This document shows, piece by piece, positions 49,802 through 59,119 of a stretch of 64,000 nucleotides of DNA. The position numbers and the translations under genes are program-made. The notes below the pieces were generated by a model. It was not told the DNA's origin. It did not search any database and was given only the letters and a program-made list of their open reading frames with translations. The stretch's first letter is position 1; each line of letters begins with the position of its first letter. Source of the DNA: Alphaproteobacteria bacterium (GTDB lineage: Bacteria; Pseudomonadota; Alphaproteobacteria; UBA2966). The stretch spans positions 992,001-1,056,000 of the forward strand of contig OZ219856.1 in assembly GCA_964291395.2 (NCBI GenBank), written 5' to 3'.

Positions 49802-50014
49802 TCAAGCGCCGCCGGTGTCCGCCTCCTTGCCGCCCTTCGGTTGCCTGCCGCGGTAGCTGACCCTGACCGGGCGGAGGTTCGTGGCGAATTCACGCTCCTC
49901 CGGGTCGGTCGCCTCGATGAACCGTCCGAATTGCGACTCCCCGTCTTCGTGGTCTTCCCGACGGTTCGGGCGGCCATGGCGGTCCTTGCGTTGAGCCATC
50001 CGGTCCGAGGTCAT
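49802..50014 (-). CDS. Small hypothetical protein (70 aa) coupled to the deacetylase
   Basis: ATG overlaps the upstream TGA (ATGA at 50011-14); MTSDRMAQRK..FGRFIEATDPEEREFA..YRGR. Confidence 0.5.
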   Translation of the reverse strand: MTSDRMAQRKDRHGRPNRREDHEDGESQFGRFIEATDPEEREFATNLRPVRVSYRGRQPKGGKEADTGGA

Positions 50015-51111
50015 GGCGGAGGTACATGGAACTGCATTCCGAACCATCGCCATCTGTTGTCCTGCGCGGGCATCGTGCAGTTGAAGCGCGCTCGGCCGGG
50101 AGGGAAGGGGTTGTCGACCCGCACTTCGACCCGCCGTTCTCCGAGGCGTCGGGTTTGTGCCGGGTTGCCGCCGGGCGAGACGAAGCAGTTCAGCTGTTCC
50201 AGGGATCGGATTTCGGGGGATACGGTGAAGCCGAAATGGGGCGGGTTTTGGGTCAGGGAGAAATCGAGAGGCGTAACGTCGGTGACGGGGAGGGGCAGGG
50301 CGGTGGCGGCCAACTTCAGCCGGTCGATGGAGCCGAAATTCTCGTTGAATGGGAACCTTGGCAGATAGAAGCGGTCGGCGCCCGCGTACGCCACGCCGGA
50401 GTGTTGGCCGAATGCCGCGGTGAAGCCTGCTTCTATGATTTTGCCGCGCACGTCCCGGCTGGCCTCTCCGAACGGGTAGGCGAAGATCCGGGGGATCTTG
50501 CCGAGTTCCTGCTGGTATCGTTCGCTTGCCTTACGGATTTCCTGCCAAATTCGTTCGTCCGATGCGCCCACCATGTGCAGATGCGAAGCGGTGTGGTGAC
50601 CTATGCTGCCGCCGCCATCCCGGATCTCCCGTAGCTGGTCCCAGGTCAAGAAGTTCGCGAGACCTTTGTCGACCGGATCCGTTGCGACGAACAGCGTGAA
50701 CGGCAGTCCGGCGTCCTTGAACCGGGGCCAGGCCTCGGTGTACGTGGATTGATAGGCGTCGTCGATGGTTATCGCGACGGTGTTGGCGGGGAGGTCACGG
50801 CCCGTCCGGAAGGCGTCGACGATCTGTTCCAGCGGCAACACGTTGTATGGCCCGGACGTGAGCTCGCGAATGTGCGCTTCCAGTTGTTCGATACGCACGT
50901 TCGTCGACGGATAGTTCCGTTCGCCGAACCGGTGGTACATGATGATGGTTGCCGCCGACCGATCGGCCGTCACCGTCGCGGCGGAGGAAGCGGGTGCCGA
51001 AAGAGCGGGCAGCGCGGACGCAAATCCGAGGCCTATGACACCCCAAAACCGGCTTCTTGGAGAGGTTGACACCGGTCGGGCTTTCCAGGATCGCATGACC
51101 ATGCCGATCAT
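50011..51111 (-). CDS. Exported polysaccharide deacetylase (CE4/NodB) family protein
   Basis: Signal-like region, IMYHRFGE, ITIDDAY, GHHTASH, FAYPFGE, FGQHSG. Start uncertain (51096-51111). Confidence 0.88.
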   Translation of the reverse strand: MIGMVMRSWKARPVSTSPRSRFWGVIGLGFASALPALSAPASSAATVTADRSAATIIMYHRFGERNYPSTNVRIEQLEAHIRELTSGPYNVLPLEQIVDAFRTGRDLPANTVAITIDDAYQSTYTEAWPRFKDAGLPFTLFVATDPVDKGLANFLTWDQLREIRDGGGSIGHHTASHLHMVGASDERIWQEIRKASERYQQELGKIPRIFAYPFGEASRDVRGKIIEAGFTAAFGQHSGVAYAGADRFYLPRFPFNENFGSIDRLKLAATALPLPVTDVTPLDFSLTQNPPHFGFTVSPEIRSLEQLNCFVSPGGNPAQTRRLGERRVEVRVDNPFPPGRARFNCTMPAQDNRWRWFGMQFHVPPP

Positions 51112-51351
51112 GTGGGTGGCATGTTTCGTAGTGCATGTATCACAACGCAACCGAATTCCGCCACCAGAAGTCAGCCGGAGAACCGGGCGATCGTCGTTCG
51201 CCCGCCGCGATCCGCTGATATTCCCGGCTTCGTCACGACTCTTCACACCATATCGCGGTTCTTCACGAGTCCCGGCGACGTCAGCGTCCTTACAAACCGG
51301 AGTCCACTCTAGTAGAGTCCGCTGCAAGATACTCTCGAAGGGAATGGCGCC

Positions 51352-52206
51352 TTGGGTTCAATTGCCGCGATCTTTCTGCCGCTAGCACTGGCCTTCATCA
51401 TGTTCTCGCTGGGCCTGGGGCTGACCGTCCGCGATTTCATGCGCGTCGTCGTGCAACCGCGCGACTTCGTGGTCGGCGCGCTGAGCCAGGTCGTCGTCCT
51501 TCCGGCCGTTGCGTTTATTCTCGTCCTGATCTGGGACCCTGCACCGGAACTGGCGGTCGGCGTGATGATCATCGCCGCCGCGCCGGGCGGCGTGACGTCG
51601 AACCTCCTGACCCGGTTCGCCGGCGGTGACACGGCTCTGTCGGTCTCGCTGACCGCCGTCATCTCGGTTCTCGCGATCGTCACGGTGCCGGTCATCGTGT
51701 TCTTCGCGCTCGACCGGTTCGTCGGTGATGCCGCGGCGCGGGATCTCGATCTCGTCTCGGTGTCGCTCCAGATGTTCGCCATCGTCGCCGTCCCGGTGGC
51801 TGCAGGGATGGCGGTGAAGGCATTCGCGGGACGCTTCGCCGACGCCGTCGAGCGCCCGGCGCGCGTCGTCTCGGGCATCCTGTTCGTCATCGTGCTGTTC
51901 GGCGCGATTTGGCAGAATCGTGCCAACATCGGCACCTACTTCGCCGAGGCGGGCCTGATTACGCTGGTCCTCAACGTCCTCATGATGGCAATCGCGTTCT
52001 GGGGTTCGATGCTGCTGAACGTCGGTCGGCGCGCGCGCATCGCGCTGTCGCTCGAATGCGGCCTACAGAACGGCACGCTGGCACTCACCGTGGCGGCCCT
52101 GCTGGCGTTGCCTGAGAGCTTCCAGATCCCGGCTGCGATTTACAGCCTGACCATGTTCGCGACCGCCATCGTCTTCATGCTCGTCGTCGCACGCGGCCGC
52201 GGCTGA
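51352..52206 (+). CDS. Bile acid:sodium symporter (BASS) family
   Basis: IMFSLGLGLT..DF, APGGVTSN, GDTALSVSLTA, ECGLQNGT. TTG start. Confidence 0.9.
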   Translation: MGSIAAIFLPLALAFIMFSLGLGLTVRDFMRVVVQPRDFVVGALSQVVVLPAVAFILVLIWDPAPELAVGVMIIAAAPGGVTSNLLTRFAGGDTALSVSLTAVISVLAIVTVPVIVFFALDRFVGDAAARDLDLVSVSLQMFAIVAVPVAAGMAVKAFAGRFADAVERPARVVSGILFVIVLFGAIWQNRANIGTYFAEAGLITLVLNVLMMAIAFWGSMLLNVGRRARIALSLECGLQNGTLALTVAALLALPESFQIPAAIYSLTMFATAIVFMLVVARGRG

Positions 52207-52404
52207 GCGGCGCCCCGCCGCGCGCCGGTTGAGGGGCGAACCCCCCGGGGCGGGCTCGCCCTGACGGGATCACGGAGAATCTCCGCAACGACGGCTACCT
52301 GGCGGTAGCGTCGTCCCTGCGGATCGCGGGACACGCCCGACGCGGACGCTAATTCACTCTGAAAGTGGACCACCCAATAGAGGCCGGTCACCGCAAGCGG
52401 AGAA

Positions 52405-52743
52405 CTAACCGGGACGTCCCGTCCTCCAGTCCCACGGCCGGACTTGAGTTTCGGCGAAGACGTCCGCTTTGCCGTAGGGGCTGTCAGCCAGGAAAGCTCG
52501 CGCTGCCTCAAGGGAAGGCGCTTCGACGACTAGCAGCAGGCCGACGATGGCCTCCGAATCGTCGTCAAGTGTCGGGCCAGCGTTGTGGACGACAACGCCG
52601 GGATGCTCAGGATGATTGCGCAGATAGTCGATAAAGGCGCCCTGAAGCTCGCCGCCCGACTGTACCCGTCCCGGCTTGTGTGTGACCCAAGCGACAGCGT
52701 ACATCGGTTTTCTCCCTGTCTTTTGTTCAGCCGTTTCCGTCAC
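52405..52743 (-). CDS. YciI family protein
   Basis: AGPTLDDD..VGLLLVVEA.SLEAARAFLADSPY..ADVF..VRPW. Confidence 0.8.
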   Translation of the reverse strand: MTETAEQKTGRKPMYAVAWVTHKPGRVQSGGELQGAFIDYLRNHPEHPGVVVHNAGPTLDDDSEAIVGLLLVVEAPSLEAARAFLADSPYGKADVFAETQVRPWDWRTGRPG

Positions 52744-52826
52744 GCTAGGCCGGCTCCTCGCATCCTGTCAATCGACGGTCCCGTTCCAGACCCCATCGAT
52801 GCCGCTTGCGTGACGGCGTGAAGGAC

Positions 52827-54593
52827 TTAGGTCCCTCGGGCAATCCTCGCCCCGGGCGGCTCCACGCGGACGGTCACGATATCGGTGTCATGATATTGCT
52901 GGTGGCGAACTGACGCGGCCAGGTGACGCAACAGCCGCAGCGAGATCTCCCGCTCGATCATCGTGCCGGCGCTGGCCTCGCCCAGCAGTGCAATCCGGTC
53001 CTGAATGTTCTCCTCGCCTTTCGAGGCGACGAACTCCAGCACCGCTCCGCCGTCCTCGCTGTGCGCGGTGAGGAGGAGCCGCCGCCGCTCAGTGTCCGCA
53101 TCGGGCTCGTCCTGTTGCTGGAGCGTCAGCAGCGTCTCTTCGCAAACGGCATCGAGGCGGTCCACCATCTGCGCATCCCAGCCTCTTCGCGACGCGAACG
53201 CACCGATGAACGCCCGGATCTCGCGCAGAGCGGAGGGATCGAACTCCACTTCCAACCGGCTGCGGCGCGGCTTCATCAGCTCAACGAACACGGTCATGAC
53301 GATCGCCGCGATGCCTCCGGTCAGCATCCCGTTCTTCAGGAGAGTGCCGGCGAACGCCGAGACATGCTCGGCAAATATCGCCTCGCTCTGAAAGCCCACG
53401 CCGATCCAGAACGAGACCCCGGCGATCAGGCCTTTGCGATAGTCGATCCCGTCCTGAATGATCACCTTCATGCCGATGATGAAGATCGTCGCCATCGTGA
53501 CGCCGACGAACGCCGTGATGACCGGACCCGGTATCGCAAGGATCACGGCAAGCGCCTTGGGAACGAATGCCAGCACGATGAACGCCGCACCGAGCGCGAG
53601 GCCGATTCGGCGGGAGCTGATCCCGGTAATCTCGACCATCGACGCGCCCGTCGGCCGGAAGCCAAGCGGCATCGTGCCCGCCAGACCCGACAGCAGGTTG
53701 CCCGCCCCGTCGGCGGCCACGGCGCCCTGCACCGCCCGGAAATCCACCGCCCGGCTCCCGGCCCAGGATACGCGCTGGATGGCAACGGCGCCGCTGATGG
53801 TTTGAATCGTGCAGACCAGGGCGATGAACAAGAAGGCGGGAAGCAGCGCCCAGAAGTCGGGCCCGAAGCGCAGGTCCAGGGCTGACCATTCGGGCGTCGG
53901 AATACCGATCCACGAAGCGCGGACGATACGGTCCACGTCGTAGAGACCGAACACGCTTGCGACGATCGAGCCCGCGACGATTCCGATGACCGGCGCCCAC
54001 AGGCGCACCCGTCCCTTCGCCGTCAACGTGATGCCGGCGATGACGACCAGGGTCGTCACCGCGCTGAGCGGCGCGGCCAACGGCGGCGTGCCGCTCGGCA
54101 CATTCTTCAACTGGTCGAACATGACCGGCATGACGGTGACAGGCGTGAGCATGAGGACCGTCCCCGTCACGGTCGGCGTGAGGATGCGCCGGAACAGCGA
54201 GAGGCGTGCGGAAAAGACGAACTGGACCAGGGCGAGCGTAACGACCAGTGTCGCCAGCAACGCCGGGCCGCCGGCGGAGAGGGCGGCAATGCTGACCGCG
54301 ATGGCGGCCCCGGACGTTCCGATCGCGAGAATGTAGCCGGCGCCGAACCGGCCGATTCGCCGCGCCTGGAGCATCGCGGTCACACCGCAGAGCACGACCG
54401 AGGCGAACACCGCCCACAGCAGGACGTCCTCGGGCTGGTTGGCCGCCCGGAACACGACCGTCGGAATCATCACGGCGCCCGGCAGGACCAGGCAGGCGAT
54501 CTGCAGGGCGAGGCCCATGCTGAGCGGAACCGGGATCTTTGCGTCGGGATGACGCCGACTCTCTGAGCGCTGGTCGGACTCGTCGAGTCCCAT
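52827..54593 (-). CDS. NCS2 (xanthine/uracil permease-like) transporter with a C-terminal HATPase_c_2/RsbW-like extension
   Basis: LGLALQ-type TM1, LQARRIGRFGAG, TPTVTGTV, ADGAGN..G..TGISSRR, followed by a ~150-aa soluble domain. Confidence 0.8.
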   Translation of the reverse strand: MGLDESDQRSESRRHPDAKIPVPLSMGLALQIACLVLPGAVMIPTVVFRAANQPEDVLLWAVFASVVLCGVTAMLQARRIGRFGAGYILAIGTSGAAIAVSIAALSAGGPALLATLVVTLALVQFVFSARLSLFRRILTPTVTGTVLMLTPVTVMPVMFDQLKNVPSGTPPLAAPLSAVTTLVVIAGITLTAKGRVRLWAPVIGIVAGSIVASVFGLYDVDRIVRASWIGIPTPEWSALDLRFGPDFWALLPAFLFIALVCTIQTISGAVAIQRVSWAGSRAVDFRAVQGAVAADGAGNLLSGLAGTMPLGFRPTGASMVEITGISSRRIGLALGAAFIVLAFVPKALAVILAIPGPVITAFVGVTMATIFIIGMKVIIQDGIDYRKGLIAGVSFWIGVGFQSEAIFAEHVSAFAGTLLKNGMLTGGIAAIVMTVFVELMKPRRSRLEVEFDPSALREIRAFIGAFASRRGWDAQMVDRLDAVCEETLLTLQQQDEPDADTERRRLLLTAHSEDGGAVLEFVASKGEENIQDRIALLGEASAGTMIEREISLRLLRHLAASVRHQQYHDTDIVTVRVEPPGARIARGT

Positions 54594-54815
54594 GTTCCGA
54601 TCCCTGTTGCCTGCGCAGGGCGCGGCGGCGACGACCTCGCCGGTGCGTCGGGCGACCTCGGCAAGCGGAACCAAACGCGCGGGCCGCCCGGTGCGGCGTG
54701 GCGACGCCTGGGGCGCCTCGCGAAGCCTCCCGCTGTTCGTCGAGGCGTTCTCGCACACGCGTTCGCCGCTCCCATTCAACAGCAAAGGCACATGTGAAGC
54801 AAAGGGGCGCTAGCC

Positions 54816-56132
54816 CTAGCCCAGGCCTGGAAGCCAGAGGCAGATCGCGGGCAGTGACAGGATGATCGCGAGTAGAACCACCGCGCTCAACACGAACGGC
54901 ACGACGCCTCTGAATGATTCGCCCAGCCGGGTGTTTCCGTCCAGTGCGTTGATCACGTAGACGTTGAGGCCGATGGGCGGCGTGATCAGGCCGATCTCGA
55001 CGGCGATCACGGCCAGAATGCCGAACCAGATGGCGATCTCCTCTTCCGTGTAGCCGAAGTCGAGTCCGGTCACCAACGGAAGGAAGACGGGGACCGTCAG
55101 CAGAATCATGGCGAGGCTGTCCATGACGCAACCGAGGATCAGGTAGACGACCACGATGCCGATCAGGATCGATATGGGTGGGAGGCCTGACCCCGCCAGC
55201 GCATCCGCCAGCGCGCTCGTGACCTGGGACAGCGCGAGGAAGCTGTTGAATATCTCGGCGCTGATCAGGATGAGGAAGATCATCGCGGTGGCCTGTGCGG
55301 TCTCGAGCAGGCTCGATACGAAGGCAGACCAGCTCAGCCGGCCGAAGGCGAGCGCGAACAGGGCTATCCCCGCGGCCCCGATCGCGGCCGCCTCGGTCGG
55401 GGTGAAGACGCCGAAATAGATCCCGCCGATGACCGAGAAGAAGATCACCGCGACCGGCCACACCGCGCCCAGGCTGCGGATGCGCGCGCGGTATGGCAGG
55501 GCCGGAACGGCCGGCCCCGACCCCGGCTCGAGCCGAACGTAGACGGCGATCGCGACCGCATAGCCGAGGGTTGCGATGAGTCCCGGAAACAGCGCGGCCA
55601 GGAAGAGCTTGCCGACCGACTGCTCGGTGATGACCGCGTAGATCACCAGGATCACGGACGGTGGTATCAGAATGCCAAGTGTTCCGCCAGCCGCCAGCGT
55701 GCCCGTGGCCAGCGCTCCCGAATATCCGTGGCGTCGCATTTCGGGCAGCGCCACCGAGGCCATTGTTGCTCCGGTCGCGATGGAGGATCCGCAGATTGAG
55801 CCGAACGCGGCGCACCCGAAGACGGTGGAGACGGCCAGTCCCCCGCGTCGATGGCCTACCCAGGCACGAGCAGAATCGAATAGCGATCGGCTGAGCCCGG
55901 ACCGTGTCGCCAGCTGCCCCATCAACAGGAACAGCGGCAGCACCGAAAGGGTGTAGCTCGATACCCGGCCGAACGGTGCGGTGTTTAGCAAGTTGAGGAA
56001 CGCAGGCCATCCCGCGAGCGAAGCGAAGCCGATGCCACCGACGACGAACATCGCCACCGCCACCGGCATCCTGAGAGCGATCAGCACCAGGCAAACCCCG
56101 AACAGGAGTCCGCCGAACTCGATACTGGTCAT
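54816..56132 (-). CDS. dctM: TRAP transporter large permease
   Basis: LPLFLLMG, GSICGSS, LPEMRRHGY, GTLGILIPPS, FTPTEA, ITPPIGLN. Confidence 0.92.
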   Translation of the reverse strand: MTSIEFGGLLFGVCLVLIALRMPVAVAMFVVGGIGFASLAGWPAFLNLLNTAPFGRVSSYTLSVLPLFLLMGQLATRSGLSRSLFDSARAWVGHRRGGLAVSTVFGCAAFGSICGSSIATGATMASVALPEMRRHGYSGALATGTLAAGGTLGILIPPSVILVIYAVITEQSVGKLFLAALFPGLIATLGYAVAIAVYVRLEPGSGPAVPALPYRARIRSLGAVWPVAVIFFSVIGGIYFGVFTPTEAAAIGAAGIALFALAFGRLSWSAFVSSLLETAQATAMIFLILISAEIFNSFLALSQVTSALADALAGSGLPPISILIGIVVVYLILGCVMDSLAMILLTVPVFLPLVTGLDFGYTEEEIAIWFGILAVIAVEIGLITPPIGLNVYVINALDGNTRLGESFRGVVPFVLSAVVLLAIILSLPAICLWLPGLG

Positions 56133-56689
56133 CGTCTCAGGGCGTGTAGCTGGCGATAGACCACCAGGACGCAGACCGCCGTCAGCAATCCCGCTCCGGG
56201 CAGCGCGGAGAAGTAGGCCCAATGGATCGGAATGCCCAGGAACAGGGTCGTCTCCCCGTCCTCGAACTTGTGCATGCCGCCGACGAACAGGCGCCACGTG
56301 ATCAGGCCGGCAACCAGCGTGAAGACGATGTTGTGAACCGTGCCCAGCGCCGTCTTGTGACGCGTAGGCAATCTGCCGGTAAAGAACTCCACGACGATGT
56401 TGCCGCTCCTGGCGTGGCAGTATGGGAAGAAGGCGAACACCGCGATGCCGCAGGCAAGCTCGGTGAGCTCGTAATCGCCGGGGATCGGAGCGTTGAAGAG
56501 ATAGCGCCCGAGAACGCTGATCACGGTCATCAACACGACCCCGATCAGCAGCAAGCCACCGGCGATCGCAACTACTCGGGCCAGCCGCTCCAGGCGGGCT
56601 CCAATGTCGTGACCTGCCAAATATGGGGCCGGGCCGCGCGCCGTATCGCCCGCCTCCTGGTCCCCTCCCGGCTTACCGCTGGAGCTCAT
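56129..56689 (-). CDS. dctQ: TRAP transporter small permease
   Basis: GRYLFNAPIPGDYEL..FPYC..GNIVVEFF; 4 TM; ATGA overlap with dctM. Confidence 0.9.
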   Translation of the reverse strand: MSSSGKPGGDQEAGDTARGPAPYLAGHDIGARLERLARVVAIAGGLLLIGVVLMTVISVLGRYLFNAPIPGDYELTELACGIAVFAFFPYCHARSGNIVVEFFTGRLPTRHKTALGTVHNIVFTLVAGLITWRLFVGGMHKFEDGETTLFLGIPIHWAYFSALPGAGLLTAVCVLVVYRQLHALRR

Positions 56690-57722
56690 CGCCGTACTTG
56701 GCGACGAGACGCCTTGCGTCGGCGAGCATGGCCTTCCCGTCGTGCCCCATGGCGTTGACCTTCTCCACCCAGCCGTCGATCACAGGCTGCGTGGCCGTCC
56801 TCCACCGCTCACGCTCCGCTTCCGCCAGCGGAAATATCGAATGGCCTTGCTCCAGCGCGATCGCGCGGCCCGGCTTCTCGTCGTCCTGCCACAGGCGGCC
56901 GAGGCGTTTGGCTAGTGCTATTCCCGAGGTCTCGTCGATAGTCGTCCGGATGTCTGCCGGCAATCCATCGTAGCGCGCCTTGTTCATGGTCATCAGGAAG
57001 AGGACGCAGGAGAGGGAAACCTCGGTGTGGTATCGCGTCACTTCGTGCAGGCGGAAGGGCCGCATGATGGTCCACGGGATCCAGGCGCCTTCCACCACGC
57101 CTCGCGAGAGCGCCTCATAGACCTTCGGGATGGGCATGCCGATCGGCACGGCGCCGAGCGCCTTCAGCATTGCCGCGCTGGCCCGCGATGGAGCACGCAT
57201 CTTCAACCCTTCGAGGTCTTCGAGCGTGCGGACCTCCCGGTCGGCGGTATGAATATGGCCGGGCGCTGCGGCATGAAACACCAGGGGATGGGTATCCTTG
57301 TACTCATCCTGCAACCAGGTCCGGTAGAACTCGTTCAAGGCTTGGCTAGTCGCCTCCGCGTCCGCGCAGATGAAGGGTAGCTCGAACGCTTCGGTCAGCG
57401 GAAACCGCCCCGCCGAGTAGCCGGGCAAGGTCCAGATGATATCGACCACGCCGTCGCGGGCCTGCCCGTAGAGATCGGATGGCTTGCCGCCGAGCTGCAT
57501 CGCCGGAAACACCTGCACCTCGACCCGGCCCTCGGTTCTCTCCTCGATCTCCGCGGCCCACGGCTGCAAGAACAACCGAACCGCGATCGACTTGGGTGAG
57601 TTGAACGTGTGCAGCCGAAGCGTGATCGGCTCCGCGCCAACGCCGTTCGAAAGTGCACAAAATATTGCCACAACCAAGGAGGGGAGCAGCGCATAGACGA
57701 TAGTTCCGCGAATTACGCCCAT
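56673..57722 (-). CDS. dctP: TRAP transporter substrate-binding protein
   Basis: Signal peptide, FPAMQLGG, GRFP..FELPF, EDLEGLKMR, YEALSRGVVEG. GGAGGT SD. Confidence 0.92.
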   Translation of the reverse strand: MGVIRGTIVYALLPSLVVAIFCALSNGVGAEPITLRLHTFNSPKSIAVRLFLQPWAAEIEERTEGRVEVQVFPAMQLGGKPSDLYGQARDGVVDIIWTLPGYSAGRFPLTEAFELPFICADAEATSQALNEFYRTWLQDEYKDTHPLVFHAAAPGHIHTADREVRTLEDLEGLKMRAPSRASAAMLKALGAVPIGMPIPKVYEALSRGVVEGAWIPWTIMRPFRLHEVTRYHTEVSLSCVLFLMTMNKARYDGLPADIRTTIDETSGIALAKRLGRLWQDDEKPGRAIALEQGHSIFPLAEAERERWRTATQPVIDGWVEKVNAMGHDGKAMLADARRLVAKYGDELQR

Positions 57723-58096
57723 CGGTTACCTCCCTTGAGACCTGTGATCGGAACCGAGATCCCTCAAACGACCTGGCGCCGAAGGCGAGCGCCGTCTCAA
57801 CGGCTTCGACGACCGCGTCTGCTTATGCTGCAGTGATACGCGACGTCCGTCCAGGACGCTAGCCTGCGCCGTCCGCCCGCGCCTGCCGCGACGACTTGAT
57901 GCGATCCATCAGCGCGGACAGAACCAGCGTGGCCACTTGCCCCGGCGGTGCCGAGGCCGACAAGTCCTTCGAGTTCACCATGCCGATGGACCTCGCCATG
58001 CACATGGCAAGCACTATCCAGAAGCTGGCAGGTCCGTCCGGTGTCCGGAGCACGGCCGGGCGCGGCGCGCGGCCGTAATCCTGGGGAGGCTTACAT

Positions 58097-58118
58097 GGAC
58101 GGGCGCCCGAGGGCGTCC
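58097..58118. repeat. Dispersed intergenic hairpin repeat GGACGGGCGCCCGAGGG (also 45011-45027; variants 11001-11017, 11024-11042)
   Basis: Exact 17-mer at two loci, a longer imperfect match at a third; all can fold around CCCGAGGG. Confidence 0.5.
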
Positions 58119-58530
58119 GGGGCGTTGCAAACAAACACGAGCGTATGAAAGCCTCGCCTGCTCGCCCGGGCACGGGGAGCTACCCCTTGGCGGCTGCCGG
58201 GCGCAGGGGGGAATTCCCGCTCCTCGTTCCATAACCCAGGGGTGGATCGATCAAACGGGTAAGGATCGTTCAGGGGGACTGATTTGATGCGTCTGAAGAT
58301 TCCGGGAATGATCGCCGGAATGAACTGCCAGATAATGTGAATTTCGAACGTCGATTGGTCTTGGGAGAAGGGAACGAACCTGATGGAACTCCAGCGAGCG
58401 CTAGGTGGGCGGCGTGTGCTGTTGCCGGTCATGGCGGAGTTTACCTGGCAAGTGACTCGGACCGCCGCTGACTGATGGGGCTATCGCTCGTCATGGCATC
58501 TTGGCGCGATCGATTCAGAAGAAGGGGACA

Positions 58531-59040
58531 ATGATGCTTTCAACAAGGATGACAGCGGCCGTTCTGGCCTTCGCCGCCGCGGGTTTCGTATTCGAGGCTC
58601 GGACCGTGGCTGCCGGGGAGAGCGGCACCTTCCGGATGCTTGTGAGCGGTATCACGGACTACACCACGATCGATCACGCCGGCGCGAAGATCACCGGCGG
58701 TGATCTCACGGGGACGGTGTCCGTGATCCGGAGCAGCGGTGGAGCCTTCCCCGAGGGCACGTCTTACGTCACGACGTGTGTGGTTTATGCGGAGATATCG
58801 GAGACCGCCACGGATCTCCGGGGCGCCTGCACGATGACCGATGCCTCCGGCGACAGCTGGTATGCGCTGCCGACGAGAAAGGCCGGCGGTATCGAGGATG
58901 GCGGCGGCGGCAAGGGCCGGTGGGAACTGTCGGGCGGGCCCGGCAAATATGCCGGCATAAGCGGCAGCTGCCCCTACGAGACGAAGTACCTGCCGGGCAA
59001 CTATCTGATCTCGATGACGGAGTGCTCCTGGAAAAGGTAG
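58531..59040 (+). CDS. Secreted hypothetical beta-barrel protein (allene-oxide-cyclase/dirigent-like motif)
   Basis: GGGGA SD, signal peptide, four Cys, SGGPGKYAGISGSC motif. Confidence 0.65.
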   Translation: MMLSTRMTAAVLAFAAAGFVFEARTVAAGESGTFRMLVSGITDYTTIDHAGAKITGGDLTGTVSVIRSSGGAFPEGTSYVTTCVVYAEISETATDLRGACTMTDASGDSWYALPTRKAGGIEDGGGGKGRWELSGGPGKYAGISGSCPYETKYLPGNYLISMTECSWKR

Positions 59041-59119
59041 AACCGCGGATGCAGGCTTGATAGGTAGCGCGGCATGATGCACCGGCTACCTGGTTAAGTT
59101 TCGGTGAGCGGCCTCCCTG

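Noticed and set aside
58170-58200. 6S RNA-like GGGAGCT..CCCT stretch
   Set aside because: No long rod with central bubble and no zapA/ygfA context.
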